This document shows, piece by piece, positions 30,374 through 39,959 of a stretch of DNA of 64,000 bases. Positions within the stretch are counted from its first letter, which is position 1, and every line of letters begins with the position of its first letter. The notes under the pieces were generated by a model. That model worked only from the letters and a program-made list of their open reading frames with translations. It did not search any database and was not told the DNA's origin. The position numbers and the translations under genes were made by a program. Source of the DNA: an uncultured candidatus Porisulfidus sp. (lineage in GTDB: Bacteria > Pseudomonadota > Gammaproteobacteria > Poriferisulfidales > Oxydemutatoraceae); assembly GCA_965215125.1 (NCBI GenBank), contig OZ244052.1:1376001-1440000 (forward strand). Direction: 5' to 3'.

Positions 30374-31323
30374 TGTGCAAGCCCTTTGATGAATTCATGC
30401 AACCCCGCAAGTTCGGGATAATTGGTAATCGCTTGTTTTATGTAGCGTAGGTTTCTCGGGATAGAGGCCAAATAAGCGGGTTTGTGGTCGCGGTGATTGA
30501 GGCGAGCAAAAATGCCGGTTGTTTTTAGATGCCGTTGTATGCACATCAAGTCAAACCAGCGTATAAAACGTTCTTCGTCTAATCGCTGCGGTGTATGCTC
30601 CAAAAAATAGTGTAGCCATTTTAATTGTTGTGCGGGTTGCCATTCTATATAACAATCTTTTAGCAAGGAGACTAAATCGTAGGTAATAGGTCCCAAGACG
30701 GCATCTTGATAATCCAGCACACCTATCGAGTGGTCGGCGCAACGCATCAGGTTGCGGGAATGATAGTCGCGATGTACGAAAACTTGTGGTTGTTCCAGCG
30801 CATTATCTATCAAATAATTGAAACTTTGTGTGATGAGTCTCTCGTCGTCTGCGTTGAATTTCTTGCCTAAATGAACCTTGCAATACCAATCGGTAAACAG
30901 TTGCATCTCTTCGAGCAATAAGGTGCTGTCGTAAGGCGGCAATGCATCCGTTTCAATCCTTTGTATTTTTAATAACTCGTCTATCGCAAGCCGATATAAC
31001 GGGTCGGCGGTGTCTGCCGAGAGAGCCTTGAGGTAGGTCGTGTTGCCGAAATCTTCCAGCAGGAATAGTCCGGCGGCAACATCGCAGGCGTGTATCAACG
31101 GCACCCGCACATTATTATCTGCGAGTAGGGTTGTGATGTCCTTAAATGCAACCGGGTTCTCCTTATCGGGAGGCATATCGCTTGCGATGAATGTATCCCC
31201 GTTTGTGAAAACCCTGTAATACTTCCTGAAACTTGCGTCGTTATTGAGTGCTTGTATGGTGAAATCGTCTTGACCGAACTTCTGTTCAAGCCAACCGTAC
31301 AATTGCTCGTATCTGTTATCCAT
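30370..31323 (-). CDS. amgK: Anomeric MurNAc/GlcNAc kinase (APH family)
   Basis: DASFRKYYR, HRDYHSRNL, DYQDA..GP..YDL.SLL. Confidence 0.88.
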   Translation of the reverse strand: MDNRYEQLYGWLEQKFGQDDFTIQALNNDASFRKYYRVFTNGDTFIASDMPPDKENPVAFKDITTLLADNNVRVPLIHACDVAAGLFLLEDFGNTTYLKALSADTADPLYRLAIDELLKIQRIETDALPPYDSTLLLEEMQLFTDWYCKVHLGKKFNADDERLITQSFNYLIDNALEQPQVFVHRDYHSRNLMRCADHSIGVLDYQDAVLGPITYDLVSLLKDCYIEWQPAQQLKWLHYFLEHTPQRLDEERFIRWFDLMCIQRHLKTTGIFARLNHRDHKPAYLASIPRNLRYIKQAITNYPELAGLHEFIKGLAQ

Positions 31324-31356
31324 CCTACATCAAAGCAACTAATTTACGACAACCAT

Positions 31357-31411
31357 AATTCCCCTCCTGTGGAGGGGGGGCAGGCTGTGCCTGACGGGGT
31401 GGTGGTAGCGT
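31357..31411. repeat. Module A unit hosting a D insertion
   Basis: AATTCCCCTCCTGTGGAGGGG..CAGGCTGTGCCTGACGGGGTGG. Confidence 0.75.
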
Positions 31412-31700
31412 CGGGCTGTTGAAAAAGTGCAGACATCGCACAAATCCAACCGCTGTGCGCCACATAATTGTCCAAACCACCTGTAGGGGCAGGATAAAGC
31501 CGCCGATTGAGCCGGTAGGTCAATCGGCAATTTTGATGTCTGCCCTTAAATACCGTCCAGAACAACCGTAACCGCTTACGCCATTTGGTTTTGGTTTCCA
31601 TAAATTGAATGAATGAATGTATAAATCGTGCCGGCCAACGCGTTACGGGCGGACATGCAAGTCCGCCCCTACGGTTCATGGATACTTTTTCAACAGCCCC
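31412..31700. mobile_element. MITE-like module D with an inverted GTAG-REP doublet and a B hairpin
   Basis: 16-bp TIR GGGCTGTTGAAAAAGT / ACTTTTTCAACAGCCC; TSD AGCGT at 31407-31411 and 31701-31705. Confidence 0.82.
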
Positions 31701-31864
31701 AGCGTGTCTGCACGATTTATACATTTATCCACCAAGTTTATGGCCCACCCCTACGGTTATGTAGCTTACATTGTTTTTTACAAACATTACATTCTGCCTT
31801 TGCTTATATCCAATACTTTTTGAAATGAGTTTATACTATTAGCCTCATTACAAGCAAACTTAAT

Positions 31865-33601
31865 ATGGAACCTCAAAGTCTCTACGGATTGTTTTTAGAA
31901 CGGCTTCGCGTGTCGGGCGACCGATGCGCTTATTTGCAATGGCACAAAGAACGAGATGCTTGGCACGAATACACATGGCAGGATATCGCAAAACGCATAG
32001 GTCGGATGCAACACAGTTTCAGGTCGGAGAACTTACAAGCGAGAGATCGCGTTGCGATTATGCTCGCAAACGGCGTGGACTGGGTTGTGTTTGACCAAGC
32101 GGCACTGGGTTGCGGATTGATCACCGTGCCGCTTTATAATCACGACAACGCCGGCAATGTTGCCCATATCTTAAAAGATTCGGGTGCTAAGTTGTTATTT
32201 AGCGATGCGACGCGAATTGAGAGTTTGGTTTTAGATGATTTGCCGGAATTACAACGCGTGGTTTCTATAGACAAAAAAGTGGATAACGAACCCCGATGTG
32301 TGCGTGTGTCGGACTGGGAAGCCGAGGAGGACGTGCTACTTCCCGACGAGATAGACGGTGAGGCACTTGCGTCTATTATTTATACTTCGGGGACGACCGG
32401 ACCGCCTAAAGGCGTGATGCTCACTCACGCCAATATCCTAAAAAACGCGCAAGCGGCAGCAACCGTTGCGAATATAGGCAACGACGACTTGTTCTTGTCC
32501 TTTTTGCCGTTGTCTCATTCTTTCGAGCGTACCGCCGGCTACTATATGACGATGTGGGTCGGTGCCAAAGTCGCTTTTTCTCGGTCTTTGCAGCAGATTA
32601 AATCGGACTTGCAAGACATCAAGCCGACGGTACTTATTTCGGTGCCGCGCCTCTACGAACAGATGTACGATCGTCTGACGACATCGCTATCGCAACGCCC
32701 CTTGCCGATACAAAAATTATTTCAATTTACGGTGGCACTCGGCTGGTACCGCAGGTCTTCGCTATTTGCAAGACTGATTAGCTCGCCGATATGGCCGATT
32801 ATGGATCTGTTGTTTGCAAGCAAACTCAGACAAGTCTTCGGTGGGCGTATGCGCTATACGATTAGCGGCGGCGCACCGTTGGATCCGGCATTATCCAAAT
32901 TGTTTGCGGCACTGGGTGCGACGATCTATCAAGGCTACGGTTTGACCGAATCTTCTCCTATCGTTTCGGTTAACTTTCCCGACCTTGCCATAGGCAGTGT
33001 CGGCAAGGCATTGCCGGGGGTGGAAGTTAAAATCTCCGAAAACGACGAGTTATTAGTGCGTGGCTCTAATGTAATGCAAGGTTATTGGCGGCTTCCCGAT
33101 AAAACCGCCGAGGCTATAGACGACGAAGGTTGGTTGCACACCGGCGACCAAGCGCGACTAGATCAAGCGGGTCGTTTGTATATTACCGGCAGAATTAAGG
33201 AAATTATTGTATTGAGCAATGGCGAGAAAATTGCTCCCGCCGATATAGAACATGTGCTGGTACACGATCCACTATTTCAGCAAGCGATGGTTCACGGCGA
33301 GGGGCGTGCATTCTTGATTGCCCTTTTGGTGCTTGATCAAGAGGCGATAGCCCGTTATCTAAAGACACACCCGACCTTGGCTGCCGATACCGAACTGTCG
33401 TCTACTCGTCTACGGACGGCATTGAATAAACATGTCAATCGGTTGATGGATGCCTTTCCCGCTTATGCCAAAATACGCCGCATCGTTTGTTTGACCGAAC
33501 CGTGGACGATTGAAAACGGTTTGCTCACGCCGACACTAAAACTAAAACGCGCCCGAGTCGTTGAACGCTATCAAGAGCAAATAAATCAAGCGTATGAGTA
33601 G
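31865..33601 (+). CDS. Long-chain fatty acid-CoA ligase
   Basis: YTSGTTGPPKG, GYGLTE, WLHTGD, LTPTLKLKR. Confidence 0.93.
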   Translation: MEPQSLYGLFLERLRVSGDRCAYLQWHKERDAWHEYTWQDIAKRIGRMQHSFRSENLQARDRVAIMLANGVDWVVFDQAALGCGLITVPLYNHDNAGNVAHILKDSGAKLLFSDATRIESLVLDDLPELQRVVSIDKKVDNEPRCVRVSDWEAEEDVLLPDEIDGEALASIIYTSGTTGPPKGVMLTHANILKNAQAAATVANIGNDDLFLSFLPLSHSFERTAGYYMTMWVGAKVAFSRSLQQIKSDLQDIKPTVLISVPRLYEQMYDRLTTSLSQRPLPIQKLFQFTVALGWYRRSSLFARLISSPIWPIMDLLFASKLRQVFGGRMRYTISGGAPLDPALSKLFAALGATIYQGYGLTESSPIVSVNFPDLAIGSVGKALPGVEVKISENDELLVRGSNVMQGYWRLPDKTAEAIDDEGWLHTGDQARLDQAGRLYITGRIKEIIVLSNGEKIAPADIEHVLVHDPLFQQAMVHGEGRAFLIALLVLDQEAIARYLKTHPTLAADTELSSTRLRTALNKHVNRLMDAFPAYAKIRRIVCLTEPWTIENGLLTPTLKLKRARVVERYQEQINQAYE

Positions 33602-34964
33602 ATTGTTCGTTAGTGCCACGCATAAATCGTCGGGCAAAACGATATTTACCACCGCCTTAATCGCATTGCTCAAAGCCCGAGCGGCGAACCCCACACCCTA
33701 TAAAAAGGGACCCGACTATATAGACCCACAATGGCTATCCGCAGCGGCGGGTGGCACATGTTATAACCTTGATTTCAATGTCCAATCAAACGACGAGATC
33801 GTTGCGATGGTGGCGGACAAGTCGCCGCCGGGAACAACCGCAGTGATAGAAGCGAACAAAGGTCTCTACGACGGTATTTCTTTAGACGGCAGCGACAGTA
33901 ATGCGGCACTTGCCGAAATACTCGGTTGTCCGATCTTGCTGGTCGTCGATTGCGAGGGCATGACACGAGGCATTGCCCCGTTGTTGTTGGGCTATGAAAA
34001 TTTTGTCCGCGAATTGTCCATAGGCGGTGTGATATTGAACCGAGTAGGCGGCTCCCGCCACCAAGCAAAACTCATCGCTGCGGTGGAACGATACACCGAT
34101 ATACCGGTCATGGGTGCCGTTATGAAAGATAAAGCCTTATTACTGCCCGAGCGGCATTTGGGTCTTATTCCCGCCAACGAAGCAACCGGCACATCATCGT
34201 TTATTGAAACCCTATCGGAGTGTATCGCACCGCAAATAGATCTGGAAAAGATTATGCAACTTGCGGCGCAGGCGACACCGCTTGCGCCTACTCGCAATAA
34301 ACACCAAAAGCCCGATGCGGACATACGTATCGGTGTGTTCAAAGACTCGGCATTTAACTTTTATTATCCGGATGATCTGGAGACACTTGAACATTGCGGT
34401 GCGGAATTAGTCTTTATCAATAGTCTGACAGATAACCGACTGCCGCCGATTGACGGGTTGCTCATCGGTGGCGGTTTCCCCGAAACCCAAGCGGGTGCGC
34501 TCGAAGCAAATCGGGCATTACGTCATGCAGTCGGCGAGGCGATAGAAGACCGCATGCCCGTCTATGCCGAATGTGGTGGTCTGATGTATTTGACCGATAG
34601 TATTCATTGGCAGGGTCGGCGTTTTGAAATGTGCGGTGTGATAGATGCCGATACGCAAATGTACGAAACACCGCAAGGCAGAGGATATGTTGAGTTGAAC
34701 GAAAGCGGCGAGACGATATGGGGTGGGGGAGGTGAGGACAACACGAGTCATGTGATCCACGCGCACGAGTTTCATTATTCTCGTCTTGTTGACATGAAGC
34801 AAAGTTATCCTACTGCATATAAAGTCTCCAGAGGCGTGGGTTTGGGAAACGGGCGCGACGGCATCGTCTATAAGAATCTATTGGCGGCGTATACCCATCA
34901 GCGCAACGCGTGCGGACGTTGGGCAGAACGGTTTAGCGATTTCGTGCGAACTTGTACGAGTTAA
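33594..34964 (+). CDS. Cobyrinate a,c-diamide synthase family, probably siroheme amidase DsrN
   Basis: ATHKSSGKT, KKGPDYID, ERHLGL, AECGG, HEFHYS; DsrN inferred from the sulfur-oxidiser context. Confidence 0.8.
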   Translation: MSRLFVSATHKSSGKTIFTTALIALLKARAANPTPYKKGPDYIDPQWLSAAAGGTCYNLDFNVQSNDEIVAMVADKSPPGTTAVIEANKGLYDGISLDGSDSNAALAEILGCPILLVVDCEGMTRGIAPLLLGYENFVRELSIGGVILNRVGGSRHQAKLIAAVERYTDIPVMGAVMKDKALLLPERHLGLIPANEATGTSSFIETLSECIAPQIDLEKIMQLAAQATPLAPTRNKHQKPDADIRIGVFKDSAFNFYYPDDLETLEHCGAELVFINSLTDNRLPPIDGLLIGGGFPETQAGALEANRALRHAVGEAIEDRMPVYAECGGLMYLTDSIHWQGRRFEMCGVIDADTQMYETPQGRGYVELNESGETIWGGGGEDNTSHVIHAHEFHYSRLVDMKQSYPTAYKVSRGVGLGNGRDGIVYKNLLAAYTHQRNACGRWAERFSDFVRTCTS

Positions 34965-35128
34965 TTCCCCTCCTGTGGAGGGGTGGCAGGCGCAATAGAA
35001 TCGCCGATTGAGCCAGTAGGTCAATCGGCGTAACATTGTGCAGAACCTTGATACATAGTACAAAATGTAAAGCCTTTCTATGGGGTGGTCGCCGCGTATT
35101 CTGCACAAGCATAGTATCGGTACATTCC
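34963..35128. repeat. A+B modular repeat unit
   Basis: Same unit as 16819-16945; B hairpin at 35002-35030. Confidence 0.82.
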
Positions 35129-35291
35129 AAACGCACCATCTTTCTACGACCTCACACCGTCTATCTAATATTTACTACCGTTCGTCGGATTGCCGAATCC
35201 TGCCTAATAGGCATCGGAATATATTTTTCCCCTACAGCACATCTTGCTTTAGAAAGATGTTTATTTATAATTTAACAATAGGAGAAAAGAG

Positions 35292-35522
35292 ATGAATATA
35301 ACTAACGAAAAACTATACGAAATGATAGTTGAAATAAGAGCCGACATGTTAACCTTCAAGGCCGAGGTAACATCCGAGATAGCGGAAATAAAAGCTGCCC
35401 AATCGGAACTTCGTGCAGACATTAGTAAATGGGGCGTTGCATTATTCATCGGGAGCATCGTCGCAATGACCTCGATTATCGGCGTGTTCTTGGCAAGCGT
35501 CATGTTGACGGTGGCGAAGTAA
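35292..35522 (+). CDS. Small coiled-coil plus C-terminal TM protein (DUF1640-like)
   Basis: Heptads EIAEIKAAQSELRADI then W-led TM; SD AGGAG. Confidence 0.7.
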   Translation: MNITNEKLYEMIVEIRADMLTFKAEVTSEIAEIKAAQSELRADISKWGVALFIGSIVAMTSIIGVFLASVMLTVAK

Positions 35523-35676
35523 GGACTAGGCTTACATTTGAGAACCGTCCGAAACGCAACATGACTCGCAAAATTCTAACTGCCACGCACGCCCTGATTA
35601 CGGTTCCCTAAACTAGGGTAAACGCAGTAATTTTGCCGGCGTAATACATGCAGAAGGAGGGGGAATAAACTACCCC

Positions 35677-36817
35677 TGTACAATGCCAGATACATATTGG
35701 ACTCTTTAGAACCTAATCTTTCCACTAGGAAAAGTACTTTTCCTAGTGGAAAAATACCTCTTAAATCAAAGTAGCCGACATGCAAAACCAGCACATCGGC
35801 TACCGCATTACAGGTTTTTATAAAATAGCCTCTTTTTCCAACAAAACGGAGGCTATGATGGCAACAGATGCCAAACAAAAACTTAATGCATTAGAATTTT
35901 GGAACAAACACGGCTTAAACGCAACCCAAGACTTTGTCGGGGTGAGCCGTTCCACCCTATACCGCTGGAAAAAGTGCTTTGACGAGGGCGGTGTATCCGC
36001 TTTGCGAGACGCAAGTAAAGCACCTCGGCAGCATCGTCGCCGTAATTGGTCTACTCACATCAGCGATGAGATTAGGCGACTGCGACACAGCTATCCGAAT
36101 ATGGGTGCGCCGAAGATTTATTACTTCTTAAAGCCGTGGTGTGATGCACGCGAACTGCAGTGTCCGAAGCCGCGCACCATTGCACGGTTGATTGCCGATG
36201 CATCCGACAACATGCGCTGTTCGCCCCCTAAACTCTCTAAAAGAAAACACAAATGCAAGACTTCTCAACCACGCAACCGTCTCAGCAAAGATGCCAAAGC
36301 GCAATTTCCCGGACACTGCGTGGCTATGGATACTATCCATTATTTCGTTAATCGAACACGCTATTATCTGTTCACTGCGATTGACCACTACAGCCGTTTT
36401 GCCGTTGCCATTACCTGCCGACGCGCCCACAGTAAAAATGCTGCGACATTCGCAAGATTGGTGGACACGGTATTCCCCGGCAACCTCTCTCAAGTACTGA
36501 CCGACAACGGGAGCGAGTTTGCCGGCGACTTCGAGGCTTATCTACAACGACACAACATTAAACACTGTTATACTTATCCTCGTTGCCCGAAAATGAATGC
36601 CATAGACGAGAGATTTAACCGTACCATTCAGGAGGAGTTTGTAGCACATCATGAGGATATTTTAGTGACCGATTTAGCACAATTTAACGACGTATTATTT
36701 GAGTATCTCGGGCGGTATAACTTCAGGAGACCGCACCAAAGTCTAGCCTATAAAACACCGGCACAACAGCTTGCTTCCTTTTGTCCCCATTTGTCCAATA
36801 TGTCATGGCATCGTACA
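35677..36817 (+). mobile_element. IS481-family element, copy 2 (1141 bp)
   Basis: Same TIRs and, by eye, same sequence as copy 1; TSD ACCCC. Confidence 0.92.
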
Positions 36818-38074
36818 ACCCCTACAAATGATAAACAATATGGTTTATACTATGCGGTTATGTTTGATGTATTAACAGGCTACGGATTGTGGCAGTTGGA
36901 TTGGTGGGGATATATAGTCGTTGCATTAGTCCTGACCCATTTGACGATTATTTGTGTCACGCTTTACTTGCATCGTTCGCAAGCGCATCGGGCGGTTGAT
37001 TTTCATCCCGCGGTGTGCCACGCCATGCGTTTTTGGTTGTGGCTGACCACCGGGATGAAAACAAAAGAATGGGTATCGGTACACCGAAAGCACCATGCCA
37101 AGTGCGAATCCGAAGACGACCCGCATAGCCCGGCTGTAAAAGGGATACGCTTGGTATTATGGCAGGGTGCCGAACTTTATTCCGAAGAAGCAACCCATGC
37201 CGATACGCTGAAGGTCTATGGGTGCGGCACACCGGACGATGCTATAGAAAAGAATCTTTATAGCGGTTGTAGCGATTTCGGTGTTCTGGCATTATTGGCA
37301 ACGCACTTTGTACTATTCGGTTTTTACGGGGTCGCAATATGGGCGACTCAAATGTTGTGGATACCTTTCTTTGCCGCCGGTGTCGTTAACGGCATAGGAC
37401 ATTTCAGAGGTTATAGAAATTATCCTACGGACGATTACTCGACTAACTTTTCCAATCTAGGTATTTTGATAGGCGGAGAGGAATTACACAATAATCATCA
37501 TGCTTATCCTAGTTCGGCGAAACTGTCGGCAAAGTGGTGGGAGTTTGATATAGGCTGGTTTTACATTTGCATACTACATCGGTTAAAACTTGCTACCATA
37601 TTGCGTTTGGCACCAATCCCTTCTCGCAAACATAAGACAGATAAAAATCTGGATTTAGACACTGCCAAAGCACTTTTTGAAAGCCGCTTACATGTGACCT
37701 ACGAATTTGTCAACAAGGTGCTGAAGCCGGTATTACAAGCCGAGCTTACGAAGGCGGACGACGCTTGTCATCAGATGCTAATGCGTGTCAAACATATTCT
37801 GCCTAAACATCGTAATCATGTTAGTGTCAACGAACACGCAATACTCAACGAAGCTCTACTGAAAAACGAAACCTTAAAATTGGTTTGCGACTTTAGGCAC
37901 CAACTGCACGAACTGCTGTATGTGATAAAACATAAGGATTATCACAACCTCAAAGAAGCCCTATGTGAATGGTGCCGGCAGGCGGAACAAAGTGGTATTG
38001 AGACGCTTATAGAGTTTGCGCAGATGATGCAAGGCTATACCCTCAAACCGTCGGTCGCGCAAATAAAATACTGA
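35780..38074 (+). CDS. IS481 transposase reading through in frame into a fatty acid desaturase
   Basis: 764-aa ORF with no stop between the transposase and desaturase. Confidence 0.75.
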   Translation: MQNQHIGYRITGFYKIASFSNKTEAMMATDAKQKLNALEFWNKHGLNATQDFVGVSRSTLYRWKKCFDEGGVSALRDASKAPRQHRRRNWSTHISDEIRRLRHSYPNMGAPKIYYFLKPWCDARELQCPKPRTIARLIADASDNMRCSPPKLSKRKHKCKTSQPRNRLSKDAKAQFPGHCVAMDTIHYFVNRTRYYLFTAIDHYSRFAVAITCRRAHSKNAATFARLVDTVFPGNLSQVLTDNGSEFAGDFEAYLQRHNIKHCYTYPRCPKMNAIDERFNRTIQEEFVAHHEDILVTDLAQFNDVLFEYLGRYNFRRPHQSLAYKTPAQQLASFCPHLSNMSWHRTTPTNDKQYGLYYAVMFDVLTGYGLWQLDWWGYIVVALVLTHLTIICVTLYLHRSQAHRAVDFHPAVCHAMRFWLWLTTGMKTKEWVSVHRKHHAKCESEDDPHSPAVKGIRLVLWQGAELYSEEATHADTLKVYGCGTPDDAIEKNLYSGCSDFGVLALLATHFVLFGFYGVAIWATQMLWIPFFAAGVVNGIGHFRGYRNYPTDDYSTNFSNLGILIGGEELHNNHHAYPSSAKLSAKWWEFDIGWFYICILHRLKLATILRLAPIPSRKHKTDKNLDLDTAKALFESRLHVTYEFVNKVLKPVLQAELTKADDACHQMLMRVKHILPKHRNHVSVNEHAILNEALLKNETLKLVCDFRHQLHELLYVIKHKDYHNLKEALCEWCRQAEQSGIETLIEFAQMMQGYTLKPSVAQIKY
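36860..38074 (+). CDS. desA: Delta-9 acyl-lipid/acyl-CoA desaturase (DesA-like), native start
   Basis: His boxes HRSQAH, HRKHH, LHNNHH; WWEFDIGW. Confidence 0.88.
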   Translation: MFDVLTGYGLWQLDWWGYIVVALVLTHLTIICVTLYLHRSQAHRAVDFHPAVCHAMRFWLWLTTGMKTKEWVSVHRKHHAKCESEDDPHSPAVKGIRLVLWQGAELYSEEATHADTLKVYGCGTPDDAIEKNLYSGCSDFGVLALLATHFVLFGFYGVAIWATQMLWIPFFAAGVVNGIGHFRGYRNYPTDDYSTNFSNLGILIGGEELHNNHHAYPSSAKLSAKWWEFDIGWFYICILHRLKLATILRLAPIPSRKHKTDKNLDLDTAKALFESRLHVTYEFVNKVLKPVLQAELTKADDACHQMLMRVKHILPKHRNHVSVNEHAILNEALLKNETLKLVCDFRHQLHELLYVIKHKDYHNLKEALCEWCRQAEQSGIETLIEFAQMMQGYTLKPSVAQIKY

Positions 38075-38089
38075 GCTGTAAAGGCAAAC

Positions 38090-38195
38090 CATCCCTCTCC
38101 ACAGGAGGGGAATGTACCAACACTGTACCTTGTGCGAAACCCCGGCAACCACCCCGTCAGGCTGCGCCTGCCACCCCTCCACAGGAGGGGAATAA
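38090..38195. repeat. Module A repeats between convergent genes
   Basis: CCCTCTCCACAGGAGGGG and ACCCCGTCAGGCTGCGCCTGCCACCCCTCCACAGGAGGGGAATA. Confidence 0.8.
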
Positions 38196-38216
38196 TGGTT
38201 TCAACAGGCGATGTTA

Positions 38217-38375
38217 TCACTTGATTTTGGCTTCTTTATAGATTACATGTTTGCGGACGGTCGGGTCGAATTTTTTCAGTTCCAGTTTTTTAGTGCCTGC
38301 CGTCTTTTTGTTTTTGGTTGCGGTGTAAAAATGGCCGCTACCGGCACTGGATACAAGTTTTATTTTCTCTCGCAT
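38217..38375 (-). CDS. rpmG: 50S ribosomal protein L33 (not in the ORF track)
   Basis: Translates to [24 protein letters not shown]...[19 protein letters not shown]. Confidence 0.96.
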   Translation of the reverse strand: MREKIKLVSSAGSGHFYTATKNKKTAGTKKLELKKFDPTVRKHVIYKEAKIK

Positions 38376-38390
38376 TATAATCTCCCTGGC

Positions 38391-38615
38391 TTATCGTTTT
38401 TTGATATCGGCGAGGACTGCGTCTATTCCTTTTTTATCAATCAAGCGCAATCCTTTAGACGACACTCGCAAGCTAATCCATCGTTTTTCACTCTCCACCC
38501 AGAAGCGATGGGTTTGCAGGTTGGGTAAAAAACGCCGTCGCGTTTTATTATGCGCGTGGGACACATTGTTACCGCTCAAGGGCTTTTTCCCTGTTATTTG
38601 ACAAATTCTAGACAT
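38391..38615 (-). CDS. rpmB: 50S ribosomal protein L28
   Basis: [29 protein letters not shown]. Confidence 0.97.
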   Translation of the reverse strand: MSRICQITGKKPLSGNNVSHAHNKTRRRFLPNLQTHRFWVESEKRWISLRVSSKGLRLIDKKGIDAVLADIKKR

Positions 38616-38746
38616 TAATATTTTCCCACAAAGGGCGTATCATAGCATAAATAAAGGGATTTCGGAGTTTTTTAGTTTGAAGTTTAATTGCTAAATTGCT
38701 CTAAAAAAGTATAATTTAATAAATTTTAACAAAAAGGAGATTTCTA

Positions 38747-39346
38747 ATGGTTAATGATTGGAGACTAGAAGGTCAATATTTTGAATCATGCAACTGTGAT
38801 TTAGTTTGTCCCTGTATATTTTTAAGACCCCCCACCCAAGGATTCTGTAAAGCGATGGTGGGTTGGCAGATTGAAAAAGGCTATATGGATGATGTGGATT
38901 TATCGGGGCTTAATGTAGGTCTTTGGTTGTATGCTCCGGGTCTTATGACCGAAGGCGGTTGGCAGGTCACGCTCTATATAGACGAGCGAGCCGATGCTCA
39001 GCAAGCAGAGGCATTACAGAAGATTTGGGGTGGCACAGTCGGAGGGCATCCTGCGGTTATTGCCGGATTGGTCGGAGAGATTAAAGGCGTACATTCGGCA
39101 AAAGTGGATATCACATATACCGACAAGCAAAAAACCATGAAGATCGGCGATTACGGCGAAGTCAAGGTAAATGCGCTAGAAGGAGCCGAAGGCAAACATG
39201 TGTCGGTAGAGAACCATCCGCTTGCTATTGCCCCCGGTTTCGCAGCAACCGTTCATCAATCCGAATATATCAATTATAGCCATAACGAGGAGTTCCAATG
39301 TGCCGAGACCGTCGGTCTAGCTTCTGCTTTCGTATATCAATCTTAA
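38747..39346 (+). CDS. DUF1326 domain protein
   Basis: W.L.G.YFESCNC...CPC, YIDERA..Q..AL..I..G..GG.P. Confidence 0.85.
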   Translation: MVNDWRLEGQYFESCNCDLVCPCIFLRPPTQGFCKAMVGWQIEKGYMDDVDLSGLNVGLWLYAPGLMTEGGWQVTLYIDERADAQQAEALQKIWGGTVGGHPAVIAGLVGEIKGVHSAKVDITYTDKQKTMKIGDYGEVKVNALEGAEGKHVSVENHPLAIAPGFAATVHQSEYINYSHNEEFQCAETVGLASAFVYQS

Positions 39347-39399
39347 TAAGTGATCATAAGAGTATGCATGTTGCAAAGATTGTCTAATAAAAAAAACAG

Positions 39400-39959
39400 G
39401 TGGCACTCGCCTTTCCCTCCTCTGCTATGGAAACGGCATTTCCTGAATTCAAAGTTAAGAGCAGAAGCAGATTTCTGCGAACCCTCTTTATGCTGGTGTT
39501 GACCTTAGCCGTTGCTATAGGTTCACAATCTGCTCTGGCACAAACGGCACCCTGCACTTTGACCGACATAGACCGAGACGACGACGGTCTGATAGAGATA
39601 TGCGATTTGGAAGGATTAAACGCAATCCGCTATCAGATGGACGGCACCGGCTATAAAGCAAGCGGAGGGGCAACAAAGATTACCGCAGGTTGCCCTGCGG
39701 ATGGATGCAGAGGCTATGAGCTAACTAGAGACTTAGACTTTAATGACGATGCAAGTTATCGTAATGCATCGGCGAACAAACGCAGATGGACTACGAGAGC
39801 AGAGTGGCAGCCGATTGGCAATTCCTCCTCTAACGCTTTTAGGGCAACTTTTGACGGCAACGGCTATACAATCTCCAATCTGCTGATTAACAGAGGTGGC
39901 ACCAATTATGTAGGCTTGTTCGGTTCTACGAGAAGCGGGGCTAAAATTATTAATCTTGG
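39400..39959 (+). pseudogene. 5' remnant of a large secreted surface protein, truncated by IS3
   Basis: Signal peptide, DIDRDDDGLIEI, YELTRDLDF, W.PIG, FDGNGYTISNL..GLFG; interrupted at the IS3 left end. Confidence 0.72.

Noticed and set aside
33594-34964. Cobalamin biosynthesis gene cobB/cbiA
   Set aside because: No other cob genes nearby; the context favours the DsrN siroheme amidase, so no symbol was assigned.
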